This document shows, one piece after another, positions 1-10,213 of a DNA stretch of 64,000 nucleotides; position 1 is the stretch's first letter; each line of letters opens with the position of its first letter. The translations under genes were made by a program, and so were the position numbers. The stretch lies in NCBI GenBank assembly GCA_043781235.1, contig JAYWBT010000132.1:530-64529 (forward strand). Direction: 5' to 3'. Source of the stretch: Deltaproteobacteria bacterium. GTDB lineage: Bacteria > Myxococcota > Myxococcia > Myxococcales > 40CM-4-68-19. Below the pieces are notes generated by a model, which ran no database searches, was not told the origin of the DNA, and saw nothing but the letters and a program-made list of their open reading frames with translations.

Positions 1-15
1 CGCGAGGAGGCGGAG

Positions 16-1317
16 GTGGCGAAGGCTCCGCCCGCGGGCTTGAGCAAGGAGCAGATCGAGGACTTCGTCCCCATCCTGCGCTCGCGGCGCTTCCTGGTCA
101 GCACCGGCACCGCCGGCCGTAACGTGGACGAGCTGTCGCCGCTGCTGAACGGCATCCCGCGGATCCCTCGCGGCGCCGTCTACCAGCGCGTGCTCCCGAA
201 GATCACGCTCTATGGTCGCGACGGAAAGCCGCTCGAATTGGACGAGACCACGGCCGCCCTCTTCGATCGCTGCGACGGCGAGCGCACACTCGGGCAAGTG
301 CTGGGCGACGCCGGCCCGCAAGCGCTCCCGGCGCTGCTGCGGCTCGCGCGCGCCGACGTGGCGGCTTTGAAAATTCTCGCCAAGCCGGCCTCGCAGGGCG
401 GCGTGCAGCTGAACCCGGCGGCCGAGTCCACCATGCCCTATCCGGAGCTGCCCGACGCGCGCGCGTATGCCGCCGGCGGACCTGCGCCCACGGGGGCGCA
501 GGAGGACGACGCGAGCTTCGTCTCGCTCTTCCGCGACCCGCATCCGGCGCTGCGCGGAAAGAGCTTCGCGGAGGCTCTCGCGCAGGCGCTCGAGCAGCGC
601 GGCGCCTTCAAGGAAGTCAAAAACCGCGTGCCCAGCGCGGTCGAGCTGGAGGTCGCCGGCCAGGGCTTCGGCGCGGCGCTGAAGAACGCGCTGCCCAAAG
701 AAGTGCAGTTCGCCAGCTTCGATCCGCTGGCGAAGCGCGCCGACCCTGCGCTAGACGCGCGGCTCCTGCCGCTGCAGGACGAGAGCGTGGATCTCCTCGT
801 GGCGAGCGAGATCGCGACCCTGCTCGGCTCGGCGACGGAGGGCGAGCGCATCGTCAACCGCGGCGCGCTCGAGCTGGTGCGCGAGGCGGCGCGAGCGCTG
901 GCGCCGGGCGGCATCCTCTACCTCTCGGACTTCGGCGACCCGAAGACCGAGCCGATCCCCACCGCGGGCGGCTGGTCGATCCGCTTCGCCGACCTGCAGA
1001 CCGAGGCGACCCGGCTCGGCCTCGGCGCGCGCGTGTTGCCGATCACCGAGGTGGTCGCCATCGACACCAACGTGCAGGCGCTCTCGACCACGCGCGCCTC
1101 GTGGCCGGCGCTGCAGACGCTCTTCGCCGCGCACGGGCTCACGCTCACGCGCCGCGCCTGGCTGCGCACCGAGATCGAAAAGCTCTGCGAGGGCAAGCTC
1201 GACCTCGCGACCGTCCACGGTCTGCAGTTCGCGCCGCTCTCCGAGCGCACGATGGGTCTCCTGACGCGGCAGTTCTGGACGCTGATCGCGACCAAGCCCG
1301 CGCGCACGCTCCACTGA
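16..1317 (+). CDS. hypothetical protein; PqqD-like N-terminal segment fused to a class I SAM-methyltransferase-like domain
   Basis: 433-aa ORF with a GTG start preceded by GAGGAGG. Residues around LELDETTAALFDRCDGERTLGQVL resemble PqqD/RRE domains. LEVAGQGFG and GGILYLSDFG resemble MTase motifs. Similarity was judged by eye only. Confidence 0.45.
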   Translation: MAKAPPAGLSKEQIEDFVPILRSRRFLVSTGTAGRNVDELSPLLNGIPRIPRGAVYQRVLPKITLYGRDGKPLELDETTAALFDRCDGERTLGQVLGDAGPQALPALLRLARADVAALKILAKPASQGGVQLNPAAESTMPYPELPDARAYAAGGPAPTGAQEDDASFVSLFRDPHPALRGKSFAEALAQALEQRGAFKEVKNRVPSAVELEVAGQGFGAALKNALPKEVQFASFDPLAKRADPALDARLLPLQDESVDLLVASEIATLLGSATEGERIVNRGALELVREAARALAPGGILYLSDFGDPKTEPIPTAGGWSIRFADLQTEATRLGLGARVLPITEVVAIDTNVQALSTTRASWPALQTLFAAHGLTLTRRAWLRTEIEKLCEGKLDLATVHGLQFAPLSERTMGLLTRQFWTLIATKPARTLH

Positions 1318-1368
1318 GGGGCCGGTCCGCAGACCACGCACTGGAGCGTGATCCAGCAAGGGCGCGCC

Positions 1369-2040
1369 TCAGCGCGCCTGCTCCGCGGCGAAGCGCAGGT
1401 CGCGAATCGCGGCCGCATAGTCCTTCTTGCCAAACACCGCGGTCCCCGCGACCAGCACGCTCGCGCCCGCGCTCACCACCCGCGGCGCGGTCTCGGGCGT
1501 GATGCCGCCGTCCACCTCGATGGCGACGGGCAGCTTGCGCCTCTCGATGGTCTCTGCCAGGCGCTCGATCTTCGGCAGGCACGCCTCGATGAAGCTCTGC
1601 CCGCCGAAGCCCGGATTCACCGTCATGATCAGCACCAGGTCCACGCACTCGAGCACGTAGTCGAGCACGTCCGGGGGCGTGTGCGGATTCAGAGAGACGC
1701 CCGGCGAGACCCCGGCCGCCTTGATCTGCTGCAGCGTCCGGTGCAGGTGCGGGCAGGTCTCCTCGTGCACCGTGAGGTGCCCCGCGCCGGCCTTGGCGAA
1801 GGCCTCGATGTACTTCTCCGGCTCGACGATCATCAGGTGGCAGTCGAGCGGCTTGGTCGCGTGCCGCTTCATCGCGGCCACCACCGGCGGGCCCCAGGTG
1901 ATGTTGGGCACGAAGCGGCCGTCCATCACGTCAACATGGATCAGGTCCGCGCCTGCGGCCTCGACGGCGCCGATCTCCTCGCCGATGCGCGCGAGGTCGC
2001 AGGAGAGCAGGGACGGTGCGATCCGGATCGGTGACTTCAT
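1369..2040 (-). CDS. rpe: ribulose-phosphate 3-epimerase
   Basis: IAPSLLSCD, HVDVMDGRFVPNIT and MTVNPGFGGQ motifs are present. ATG at 2040 (MKSPIRIAPS) was chosen over the longer ORF start at 2133. Confidence 0.9.
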   Translation of the reverse strand: MKSPIRIAPSLLSCDLARIGEEIGAVEAAGADLIHVDVMDGRFVPNITWGPPVVAAMKRHATKPLDCHLMIVEPEKYIEAFAKAGAGHLTVHEETCPHLHRTLQQIKAAGVSPGVSLNPHTPPDVLDYVLECVDLVLIMTVNPGFGGQSFIEACLPKIERLAETIERRKLPVAIEVDGGITPETAPRVVSAGASVLVAGTAVFGKKDYAAAIRDLRFAAEQAR

Positions 2041-2047
2041 GCATCCC

Positions 2048-3445
2048 TCATGCGTTTCCCCGGAGCAGCCGCACGGCGAAGAAGCCGTCGGTGCCGGTGC
2101 GGTGGGGCAGCGTGCGCAGGCGGCCGCGATCATCGAGGCAATCGCCCAATGCGCCGGGGTCGATTGACCAGGTTGGGGATCCGGTTCCCTGGCCGGAAGA
2201 CCAGTTCGGTGGGTCCTCGCGGTACTCAGGGTGCGCGGCCAGAAAGCGCTCCACCTGCTCGTCGCACTCTTCGGGAGTCAGCGTGCAGATCGCGAAGACG
2301 AGGTGCCCGCCGGGCCGGACGGCCTTGGCCGCCTGCGCCAGGATGCGGGCCTGCAGGGAGGCCAGCCGGTCCACGTCGGCCGGTGTGCGCCGCAGCTTGA
2401 CCTCCGGGTGCCGGCGGAGCGTGCCCAGTCCCGAGCAGGGGGCGTCCACCAGGACCAGATCGAAGCTCCCGTCCGCCTCACCGGGAATGGGCAGCGTCGC
2501 GTCGGCGGCGAGCGCGCGCAGGTTCGTGAGGCCCAGCCTGCGCGCCTGCTCGACGATGCCCAGCGCCTTGCGGGCATGCAGATCGATCGCGAGCACGCTG
2601 CCGGAGGGGCCGACGAGCTCGGCGAGGTGGCACGCCTTGCCGCCCGGTGCCGCGCAGGCGTCGAGCACGCGGCTGCCCGGCGCAGGCGCGGCGTACAAAG
2701 AAACCAGCTGCGCCGCCTCGTCCTGCGCCTGGAAGAGACCTTCCCCGTGCCCCTCGAGGTGCAGCGCGGGCGGCGCACCCGCGGCAAGCACCAGCGCGTC
2801 CGGCGAGTAGCGGCCCGGCTGCGATTCGACGCCCGCCGCGCGCAGCATCTCGGCCGCGTGCGCGACCGTCCCCTTGCCGCGCACCACGCGCACCACGGCG
2901 GGCGCCAGGATCTGATTTGCGGCGCAGAGCTTCTCCGTCTCCTCGAGACCGAGCCAGGCGATCCAGCGCTCGACCAGCCAGCGCGGGTGCGCGGTGACCG
3001 CGGCGACGTGACCGGCGGGGTCCACCTCGCGTGAGGGCGGCGCGGGCGGCGCGCGCGTCTCGGCGATCCGGCGCAGCAATGCATTCACGAAGCCGCTCGC
3101 CTTGGCGGCGCCGAGCTCCTTCACCAGCTCGACCGCTTCGTTGACCGCCGCGCGCGCCGGCACCCGCGGGTGGTGGAGCAGCTCGAAGACGCCGAGCCGC
3201 AGCGCGATGCGCACCGGCACCTCGACCTCCTGGGGCGGCCGATCGCTGAGCGCGGCGATGGTGCGGTCCAGCTGCAGCTGCCAGCGCAACGAGCCGTAGG
3301 TCAGCTCGGTGGCGAGCGACGCCTCGCGCGGCTCGAGCACTCCCGCCGACCGCAGCGCGCCGTCGAGCGCGAGGTTGGCGAAGGCGCCCCCCTGCTCGAC
3401 TCGCAGGAGCACGTCCGCTGCGATGCGCCGGGCGGGCGAGGTCAC
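2048..3445 (-). CDS. rsmB: 16S rRNA (cytosine967-C5)-methyltransferase RsmB/Sun
   Basis: An N-terminal NusB-like part (ARRIAADVLLRVEQGGAFANLAL) precedes an MTase core (DACAAPGGK, DAPCSGLGTLRRHPE). GTG at 3445 is preferred because it leaves 89 bp to the divergent trpE. ATG at 3517 or further upstream is possible. Confidence 0.8.
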   Translation of the reverse strand: MTSPARRIAADVLLRVEQGGAFANLALDGALRSAGVLEPREASLATELTYGSLRWQLQLDRTIAALSDRPPQEVEVPVRIALRLGVFELLHHPRVPARAAVNEAVELVKELGAAKASGFVNALLRRIAETRAPPAPPSREVDPAGHVAAVTAHPRWLVERWIAWLGLEETEKLCAANQILAPAVVRVVRGKGTVAHAAEMLRAAGVESQPGRYSPDALVLAAGAPPALHLEGHGEGLFQAQDEAAQLVSLYAAPAPGSRVLDACAAPGGKACHLAELVGPSGSVLAIDLHARKALGIVEQARRLGLTNLRALAADATLPIPGEADGSFDLVLVDAPCSGLGTLRRHPEVKLRRTPADVDRLASLQARILAQAAKAVRPGGHLVFAICTLTPEECDEQVERFLAAHPEYREDPPNWSSGQGTGSPTWSIDPGALGDCLDDRGRLRTLPHRTGTDGFFAVRLLRGNA

Positions 3446-3534
3446 GCGCGGGCTTGTAGCACGGCCCAAGGATCTGCTTGCGCCCGATGGCGCCTGGCCG
3501 CTACAGTCCGCGCCCATGAAGACCCAGACCCGGA

Positions 3535-5046
3535 GTGGGCTTTGGAGTGCGCACGCCCTCCCGCACCGCATCGGTTGAGCTGCCCGGCGATCTGCTGACG
3601 CCTTTCGGCGTCTTCTGTCTCCTCGATCAGCAGCAAGAGCCCGGCGGCGACGCCTTCCTCTTCGAAGGCGCGCTGGGCCGCTATAGCTACGTCGGCGTGG
3701 GCGGCGGAGCGCGCGACGGCCGGCGCACGCCAGGCGCCTCGGCACCGCGTCTCACCGCGCGCGGCGGCGCCCTCGAGGTCAAGCCGCTGCCCGGATTCGG
3801 CACCTTGCCGGAGCGCCCGCTCGACGCACTCCGCGCAGCGCTCGAGCTCATCGCGGCCCCGCGCGACCCCGGCCTGCCGCCCTTCTGCGGCGGCTTCGTC
3901 GGCTATCTCGGCTGGGGCGCGGCGGCCTGGACCGAGCGGCTCCCGTCGCGGCTCGGGCCCGACCCGCTCTTTCCCGAGGCGGATCTTTTATACGTGCGCG
4001 AGCTGGTCGCCTTCGACCACCGGCAGGGCCGCACCTGGGCCATCGCCACCGGCCCCGACGCCGGGGAGCGGGCGCAAGCGCTGGCTGACCGCGTGCTGCG
4101 CGTCTTCTCGCACCCGGACGCGCGCTGGCCGCAGGAGCTGACCCGGCCCGCGGCGCAGTCGCTGGGCGCGAAGCTGTTCGGCGACGGGCGGGGCAAGCAC
4201 AGCCTCCCCGAGCCGCGGCCGCTCGGCGGCGGCGAGCGCCACTACAAAGCCGCGGTCAAGCGCGCCCTCGAATACATTCGCGCCGGCGATCTCTTCCAGG
4301 TGGTGCTCAGCCAGCGCTTCGAGCTGCCCGACTGCGACGGGTTCTCCCTCTACCGCACGCTGCGCGCTGCCTCGCCCGCGCCCTACCACTTTTATTTGCG
4401 CTTGGGCGGCCGCGAGCTGTTCGGCGCCTCGCCCGAGCTGCTCTTCGAGGTCGCGCAGGGCCGCATGACGGTCAAGCCCATCGCCGGCACGCGCCGCCGC
4501 GGCGTCACCACCGAGGAAGATCTGCGCCTCGAAGCCGAGCTGCAGGGCGACCCGAAGGAGCGCGCCGAGCACACCATGCTGGTCGATCTCGGGCGCAACG
4601 ACATCGGCAGGGTGGCGAAGATCGGCTCGGTGAAGGTGCAGCGGCTGATGGAGACCGAGCGCTTCAGCCACGTCATGCACCTGACCAGCGAGGTGCAGGG
4701 CGAGCTGCGGCCGGGCGTCTCGGCGGTCGATGCGTTCGCCGCTGCCTTTCCCGCGGGCACGCTCTCGGGCGCGCCGAAGATCCGCGCGCTCGAGATCATC
4801 GACGAGCTGGAGGTGGTGCCGCGCGGGCCCTACGGCGGCGCGGTGGGCTGGTTCTCCTCGGCGGGCGACGTGCAGCTCGCCATCGCCATCCGCACGCTCT
4901 TCCGCTCGGGCGGGCGGCTCTTCGCCCACGCCGGCGCGGGCATCGTGGCCGACAGCGACCCGGACGCCGAGTGGCGCGAGGTGCTGGCCAAGGTCCGCGC
5001 CTCGGTGGGCGCGGCCTACGGCGCGGTTGCAGGAGCGGCCCGATGA
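3535..5046 (+). CDS. trpE: anthranilate synthase component I
   Basis: LFQVVLSQRF, GTRRRG and PKIRALEIIDELE motifs are present. GTG start. Confidence 0.9.
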   Translation: MGFGVRTPSRTASVELPGDLLTPFGVFCLLDQQQEPGGDAFLFEGALGRYSYVGVGGGARDGRRTPGASAPRLTARGGALEVKPLPGFGTLPERPLDALRAALELIAAPRDPGLPPFCGGFVGYLGWGAAAWTERLPSRLGPDPLFPEADLLYVRELVAFDHRQGRTWAIATGPDAGERAQALADRVLRVFSHPDARWPQELTRPAAQSLGAKLFGDGRGKHSLPEPRPLGGGERHYKAAVKRALEYIRAGDLFQVVLSQRFELPDCDGFSLYRTLRAASPAPYHFYLRLGGRELFGASPELLFEVAQGRMTVKPIAGTRRRGVTTEEDLRLEAELQGDPKERAEHTMLVDLGRNDIGRVAKIGSVKVQRLMETERFSHVMHLTSEVQGELRPGVSAVDAFAAAFPAGTLSGAPKIRALEIIDELEVVPRGPYGGAVGWFSSAGDVQLAIAIRTLFRSGGRLFAHAGAGIVADSDPDAEWREVLAKVRASVGAAYGAVAGAAR

Positions 5047-5675
5047 CGGCGAAGGCGGCCCCGCGCCGGGCGCGCCCGCTCAGGGCGCTGCTGATCGATA
5101 ACTACGATTCGTTTACCTACAATCTGGTCCAGCGCCTGGGCGAGCTGGGCGCGGTTACCGAAGTTTTGCGAAACGACGCTCTGACCGCTTTGGAAATTAT
5201 CGAAAGCGCGCCCGACCGGATCGTGCTCTCCCCCGGTCCCTGCACGCCCGACGAGGCCGGGGTCTGCGTCGAGCTGATCGAGCGCGTCTGCGGCCTCAAC
5301 GGATACCCACGGCCTCGGCGGCCGGTGCCGCTGCTCGGCGTCTGCCTCGGCCACCAGAGCATCGGCCAGGCCTTCGGCGCCCGGGTGGTGCGCGCGCCGC
5401 GCGGGCCGGTGCACGGCAAGGCCGAAGAGATCGTGCACGACGGTTCGCAGCTTTTTCGCGGCGTGCCCCGCAAGCTGCTGGTCGGCCGTTACCATTCGCT
5501 GGTGGTCGAGGAGCGCACGCTGCCGAAGGAGCTCAAGGTTTCCGCCCGCACCAAGGACGGCATCGTGATGGCCCTGCGCCACCAGCGCCTGCCGCTCTTT
5601 GGCGTGCAGTTCCATCCCGAGTCGATTTTGACCCCCGACGGCCAGACGCTGCTAGAGAACTTTCTGGAGGCTTGA
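5043..5675 (+). CDS. trpG: anthranilate synthase component II (glutamine amidotransferase)
   Basis: LLIDNYDSFTYNLVQ, GVCLGHQ and FGVQFHPES motifs are present. ATG at 5043 overlaps the trpE stop (ATGA). Confidence 0.9.
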   Translation: MTAKAAPRRARPLRALLIDNYDSFTYNLVQRLGELGAVTEVLRNDALTALEIIESAPDRIVLSPGPCTPDEAGVCVELIERVCGLNGYPRPRRPVPLLGVCLGHQSIGQAFGARVVRAPRGPVHGKAEEIVHDGSQLFRGVPRKLLVGRYHSLVVEERTLPKELKVSARTKDGIVMALRHQRLPLFGVQFHPESILTPDGQTLLENFLEA

Positions 5676-5678
5676 GAA

Positions 5679-6707
5679 GTGCTCAAGGAGCCCATCCGCC
5701 TCGCCGTCGAGGGCAAGCACCTGACCCGCGCGCAGGCCGCGGCCGCCGTGGACGCGATGCTCGATGGCGGCGCGCCGGTCACGCAGATCGCCGCGCTGCT
5801 GGTCGCGCTGCGCATCAAGGGCGAGACGCCGGACGAGATCGCCGGCGCGGCGCAGGCGCTGCGGAGCCGCGCGCAGAGAGTCGCGGTTCCGCTCGACCGG
5901 CTGGTCGACACCTGCGGCACCGGCGGCGACGCCTCGCACACCTTCAACATCTCGACGGCGGCCGCGTTCGTGGCAGCGGCGGCCGGCGCGCGCGTGGCCA
6001 AGCACGGCAACCGCGCGGTGTCTTCGAGGTGCGGCAGCGCCGACGTGCTGACCGCGCTGGGCGTCGAGGTGGAGCTGCCGCCGGAGGCGGTGGCGGCCTG
6101 CATCCTCGAGTGCGATATCGGATTCCTCTTCGCGCCGAGCCACCACGCGGCCATGCGGCACGTCGCGCCGGTGCGCAAGGACCTGGGGCTGCGGACGCTC
6201 TTCAACCTGCTCGGCCCGCTCGCGAACCCGGCGGGCGCGCGCCGCCAGCTGCTCGGCGTCTATGCGCCGCAGCTGGTGCTGGTGATGGCGCGTACGCTGG
6301 TGGAGCTGGGCTGCGACCGCGCCTTCGTGGTCCACGGCGACGGCGGGCTCGACGAGATCTCGACCAGCGGGCCGACGCGCATTGCCGAGGTGCGGGACGG
6401 GCAAGTCCGCGAGTTCGAGCTGTCTCCCGAGGAGGTGGGCCTGGTCCGCGCGCCGCTCGCGGAGCTGCGCGGCGGCGATCCCGCGCAGAACGCGGCGCTG
6501 CTGCTGGGCGTGCTGCGCGGAGAGCCCGGCGGAAAGCGCACGGCGGTGGTGATCAATGCCGGCGCGGCGCTTGCGGCGGCGGGCGTCTGCGAGTCCATCG
6601 GCGACGGCGTCGAGCTCGCTCGCCGAGCCATCGACTCCGGCGCCGCCCTCGCGCGGCTCGAGCAGCTGATCGCGGTTTCGCGCGCGCGGAAGGCGGTCGT
6701 CTCGTGA
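5679..6707 (+). CDS. trpD: anthranilate phosphoribosyltransferase
   Basis: DTCGTGGD, KHGNRAVSS and NLLGPLANP motifs are present. GTG start. Confidence 0.9.
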   Translation: MLKEPIRLAVEGKHLTRAQAAAAVDAMLDGGAPVTQIAALLVALRIKGETPDEIAGAAQALRSRAQRVAVPLDRLVDTCGTGGDASHTFNISTAAAFVAAAAGARVAKHGNRAVSSRCGSADVLTALGVEVELPPEAVAACILECDIGFLFAPSHHAAMRHVAPVRKDLGLRTLFNLLGPLANPAGARRQLLGVYAPQLVLVMARTLVELGCDRAFVVHGDGGLDEISTSGPTRIAEVRDGQVREFELSPEEVGLVRAPLAELRGGDPAQNAALLLGVLRGEPGGKRTAVVINAGAALAAAGVCESIGDGVELARRAIDSGAALARLEQLIAVSRARKAVVS

Positions 6708-7540
6708 GCGGAACCGTCGGCGGGAGCTCGAACGGCGGGAGCTCGAACGAGGGCGGTGCCCTGAGCGCGAGCCATCTCGACCGGCTGGTGCAGGAATCGC
6801 GTGCGGAGATGGCGCAGCGGCTGGTGAAAGCGCCGCTCGAGGTGGTGCGGCAGCGCGCCTTCGCAGCGCCGGCGCCGCGGCCGTTCGTCCAGAAGCTCCT
6901 CTCCGGCAGCGGCCTCATCGCCGAGATCAAGCGCTCGTCGCCGAGCAAGGGAGCCATCAACCCCGACCTCGATCCAGTGGCGCTCGCCCGCGCGTACCAG
7001 AGCGGCGGCGCGGCCTGCCTGAGCGTGCTGACGCAGCGGACCAGCTTCGGCGGATCGCTGCACGACCTCTCCGCCGCCCGCTCTGCCTGCGCGCTGCCGG
7101 CCCTGCGCAAGGACTTCCTCGTCGAGCCGTACCAGCTCTTCGAGGCGCGCGCGCACGGTGCCGACGCGGTCCTGCTGATCGCCGCCGCGCTGCCGCTCGA
7201 GGAGTTGGTCGCTCTGCGCGCGCTCGCGGCCGAGCTGCGCCTCGCGGTGCTGCTCGAGATCCACCAGGAGGACGAGCTCTCCAAGGCGCGCGCCTGCAAG
7301 CCCGACCTGCTCGGCATCAACGCCCGAAATTTGCTGACGCTCGAGGTGGACGCCGGGGCCTTCGAGCGCCTCGCGCCGCTCGCGCGCGAGATAGCGCCGC
7401 TGGTGGCGGAGAGCGGCGTCAAGACGGGCGACGACGTGCGCCGCCTGCGCGGGCTGGGCGCGCGCGCGGTGCTGGTGGGCGAGGCGCTCTCGTCCGCGTT
7501 CGACCCCGAGATCGCTACCCGCCTGCTGGTGTCGGCATGA
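6704..7540 (+). CDS. trpC: indole-3-glycerol phosphate synthase
   Basis: IAEIKRSSPSKG, LSVLTQRTSFGG and LRKDFLV motifs are present. GTG at 6704 overlaps the trpD stop (GTGA). The long upstream part of ORF 5672..7540 is an alternative-frame artefact over trpD. Confidence 0.85.
   Translation: MSGTVGGSSNGGSSNEGGALSASHLDRLVQESRAEMAQRLVKAPLEVVRQRAFAAPAPRPFVQKLLSGSGLIAEIKRSSPSKGAINPDLDPVALARAYQSGGAACLSVLTQRTSFGGSLHDLSAARSACALPALRKDFLVEPYQLFEARAHGADAVLLIAAALPLEELVALRALAAELRLAVLLEIHQEDELSKARACKPDLLGINARNLLTLEVDAGAFERLAPLAREIAPLVAESGVKTGDDVRRLRGLGARAVLVGEALSSAFDPEIATRLLVSA
6718..6747 (+). repeat. perfect 15-bp tandem duplication (cggcgggagctcgaa x2) inside the trpC N-terminal extension
   Basis: Read directly from the sequence. 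It is in frame and encodes GGSSN-GGSSN. Confidence 0.9.
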
Positions 7541-8190
7541 TCCGCATCAAGCTCTGCGGCGTGCGCACGCCCGCGGACGCGCTGCTCTGCGCCGAGGCGG
7601 GGGCCGACGAGATCGGCGTGGTCTTCGCGGCGCAGTCGCGGCGCCGCGTGACGCTCGAAGAGGCGCGGTCCATTCGCGACGTGCTGCCTTTGCGCATCCC
7701 CGTGGTTGGCGTGTTTCTCGACGCGACGCTGGAAGAGGTGGCCGCGGCGGCGCGCGCGGTTGGCCTCTCCGCGGCGCAACTCCATGGCGCGTGGTTTCCC
7801 AAGGTCCCGGCCCTTTCGGGCGGCAGCGCGGCGGGCTCCGGCGAAGACGCGCTCCCTCTCTATGCCGCGCTGCAACTGGCCGACGAGCGCGCACTCGAGG
7901 CGCTCGCGCAGCGCCCGACCGCCGCCCGCGTCCTGCTCGACGGACCCGCCGCAGGCTCGGGCAAGAGGTTCGCCTGGTCGCTCGCAGCGCGCGCGCGTGC
8001 GCTGCACCCGGCGCCGCTCTTCATCGCGGGCGGGCTGACTCCGGAAAACGTCGCGCAGGCGATCGGGGAGGCGCGCCCCGATGGCGTCGATGTCGCGTCG
8101 GGCGTCGAACGATCGGATGGCTTCAAGGACGCCGCGAAGGTGCGCGCGTTCGTTCAGGCGGTGAGGAGCTCAATTGAGAATCTTCGATAA
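7537..8190 (+). CDS. trpF: phosphoribosylanthranilate isomerase
   Basis: The N-terminus [30 protein letters not shown] is typical. ATG overlaps the trpC stop (ATGA). Confidence 0.85.
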   Translation: MIRIKLCGVRTPADALLCAEAGADEIGVVFAAQSRRRVTLEEARSIRDVLPLRIPVVGVFLDATLEEVAAAARAVGLSAAQLHGAWFPKVPALSGGSAAGSGEDALPLYAALQLADERALEALAQRPTAARVLLDGPAAGSGKRFAWSLAARARALHPAPLFIAGGLTPENVAQAIGEARPDGVDVASGVERSDGFKDAAKVRAFVQAVRSSIENLR

Positions 8191-9373
8191 AGAAGTCCAG
8201 TCGCCGCCGGATGCGCGCGGCCGCTTCGGAGAGTTCGGCGGCCGGTTCGTTCCCGAGACGCTGATCCCCGCGCTCGACGAGCTGGAGGCCGCCTGGACGC
8301 TGGCGCGCGCCGACCAGGGTTATCGGAACGAGCTGGTCGATCTGTTGCAAAACTACGCGGGCCGGCCCACGCCGCTCTTCCACGCCGAGCGGTTGGCGAA
8401 GGCGCTCGGCCTCGAGGCGCGCGTCTATCTGAAGCGCGAGGACCTGCTCCATACCGGTGCGCACAAGCTCAACAACACGCTCGGCCAGGCGCTGCTGGCG
8501 CGGCGGATGGGCAAGAAGCGCGTCATCGCCGAGACGGGCGCCGGCCAGCACGGCGTCGCCACCGCGGCGGTGTGCGCGCTGCTCGGCCTCGAGTGCGTGG
8601 TCTACATGGGCGCCGAGGACGTGGTGCGGCAGTCGCCCAACGTCACCCGGATGGGCCTGCTCGGCGCCGAGGTGCGGTCGGTCAACGCCGGTTCGCGGAC
8701 TTTGAAAGACGCGATGAACGAGGCCATCCGGGACTGGGTCACCAACGTCCGGTCGACCTATTACTGCATCGGCAGCGCGGCCGGCCCGCATCCCTATCCG
8801 GTGCTGGTGCGCGAGCTGCAGAAGATCATCGGCGAGGAGATCGCCGAGCAGTCGATCGCCCGCGAGGGCCGTCTGCCCGACGCGGTGGTCGCCTGCGTCG
8901 GCGGCGGCTCGAACGCCATCGGCGCCTTCCACCGCTTCGCGGCCGAGAAGGCGACGCGGCTCTTCGGCGTCGAGGCGGCGGGCCTTGGCCTCGACTCGGG
9001 CAAGCACGGCGCGTCGCTTGCGCGCGGCCGGCCGGGCGTGCTGCATGGCTCGCGCAGCTACCTGCTGCAGACCGACGACGGGCAGGTGGCCGAGGCGCAC
9101 TCGATCAGCGCCGGCCTCGACTACCCTGGCGTCGGGCCGGAGCTGTCGCAGCTGCGCGAGCTCGGCAAGCTGGAGCTGCTGGCGGCCAGCGACGACGAGG
9201 CGCTGCAGGCGTTCCAGGACCTGGCGCGCTGCGAGGGCATCCTCTGCGCGCTGGAGTCGGCGCACGCCATCGCGGCGCTGCGCTTCTTGCCCAAGCTCGA
9301 CTTCGTGGTGGTGAACCTCTCGGGCCGCGGCGACAAGGACCTCGACACCATTACCAAGGCGTTATCGAAATGA
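8174..9373 (+). CDS. trpB: tryptophan synthase beta chain
   Basis: [24 protein letters not shown] and GGGSNAIG motifs are present. TTG start is preceded by GAGGAG and overlaps the trpF end by 17 nt. Confidence 0.9.
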   Translation: MRIFDKEVQSPPDARGRFGEFGGRFVPETLIPALDELEAAWTLARADQGYRNELVDLLQNYAGRPTPLFHAERLAKALGLEARVYLKREDLLHTGAHKLNNTLGQALLARRMGKKRVIAETGAGQHGVATAAVCALLGLECVVYMGAEDVVRQSPNVTRMGLLGAEVRSVNAGSRTLKDAMNEAIRDWVTNVRSTYYCIGSAAGPHPYPVLVRELQKIIGEEIAEQSIAREGRLPDAVVACVGGGSNAIGAFHRFAAEKATRLFGVEAAGLGLDSGKHGASLARGRPGVLHGSRSYLLQTDDGQVAEAHSISAGLDYPGVGPELSQLRELGKLELLAASDDEALQAFQDLARCEGILCALESAHAIAALRFLPKLDFVVVNLSGRGDKDLDTITKALSK

Positions 9374-10131
9374 GCCGCCTCTCCGACGCATTTGCGCAAG
9401 CGCGCGCCGAAGGCCGCACCGCGCTGGTTTGCTACGCGATGGGCGGCGACGGCGACACCGCGGCTCTATTGAAGGCCATCGATGGAGCCGGCGCCGACGT
9501 GATCGAGCTCGGCCTGCCCTTCTCCGACCCCATCGCCGACGGGCCCACCCTGCAGGCCGCCGCGACGCGAGCGCTTGCCTCCGGCGCGACGCTCCGGCTG
9601 CTCTTCGCCGAGGCGGGTGCGCTCCAGTTGCGCGCGCCGCTGGTTTCGATGGGCTACATGAACCAGGTCGAATCGATGGGCGTGCAGGCCTTCGCCGCGG
9701 CGGCCGCGCGCGCCGGGATCGCCGGGGTGATCCTCCCGGACCTCCCGCTCGAGGAGGCGCGGCCGGTGCGCGACGCCCTGGCCGCCGTCGGCATCGACCT
9801 GGTGCCGCTGGTGGCGCCGACCACCTCGCCCGAACGCGCCGCGCGCATCGCCGCGACCGCGCGCGGCTTTCTCTATTACGTCAGCGTCACCGGCGTGACC
9901 GGCGCGCGGGCGGCGCTCCCGGAAGATTTGCGCTCAAAGCTTCGCGATCTGCGCGCGCTCTCGGCCGCGCCGGTGGCGGTCGGCTTCGGCATCTCCTCCC
10001 CCGAGCAGGCCGCCGCGCTCAAGGGCCACGCCGACGGCATCGTGGTCGGCAGCGCCATCGTCGCGCTGCACCACCAGCAGGGCGCGGCGGCGGTGGCCGA
10101 GCTGGTCCGCTCGCTGCGCGCCGCGCTCTGA
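9370..10131 (+). CDS. trpA: tryptophan synthase alpha chain
   Basis: [19 protein letters not shown] and [10 protein letters not shown] motifs are present. ATG overlaps the trpB stop (ATGA). Confidence 0.9.
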   Translation: MSRLSDAFAQARAEGRTALVCYAMGGDGDTAALLKAIDGAGADVIELGLPFSDPIADGPTLQAAATRALASGATLRLLFAEAGALQLRAPLVSMGYMNQVESMGVQAFAAAAARAGIAGVILPDLPLEEARPVRDALAAVGIDLVPLVAPTTSPERAARIAATARGFLYYVSVTGVTGARAALPEDLRSKLRDLRALSAAPVAVGFGISSPEQAAALKGHADGIVVGSAIVALHHQQGAAAVAELVRSLRAAL

Positions 10132-10150
10132 AGCTCGAAGTCCGGAGCGC

Positions 10151-10192
10151 AAAAAAGAAGAAGGCCCGGAAGCGCGCGAGCGCCGCCGGGCC
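10151..10192 (-). terminator. candidate intrinsic terminator for the protease gene (minus strand)
   Basis: Stem GGCCCGG (10163-10169) pairs with CCGGGCC (10186-10192). On the minus strand it is followed by TTCTTCTTTTTT. It lies between the convergent trpA and protease genes. Confidence 0.45.
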
Positions 10193-10213
10193 TCCTTCAC
10201 CAGCTCGCGGCGA

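Noticed and set aside
3446-3517. The longer rsmB N-terminus starting at ATG 3517 or at 3745.
   Set aside because: It would add 24-100 residues of Arg/Ala-rich sequence with no RsmB homology. It would also leave only 17 bp, or a negative distance, to the divergent trpE start. GTG at 3445 sits just before the conserved ARRIAADVLL N-terminus. This remains uncertain.
3446-3578. Possible trp leader peptide or attenuator upstream of trpE.
   Set aside because: The only short ORFs are MAPGRYSPRP and MKTQTRSGLWSAHALPHRIG. They contain zero and one Trp, with no tandem Trp codons, and no terminator/antiterminator hairpin pair with a U-run is visible.
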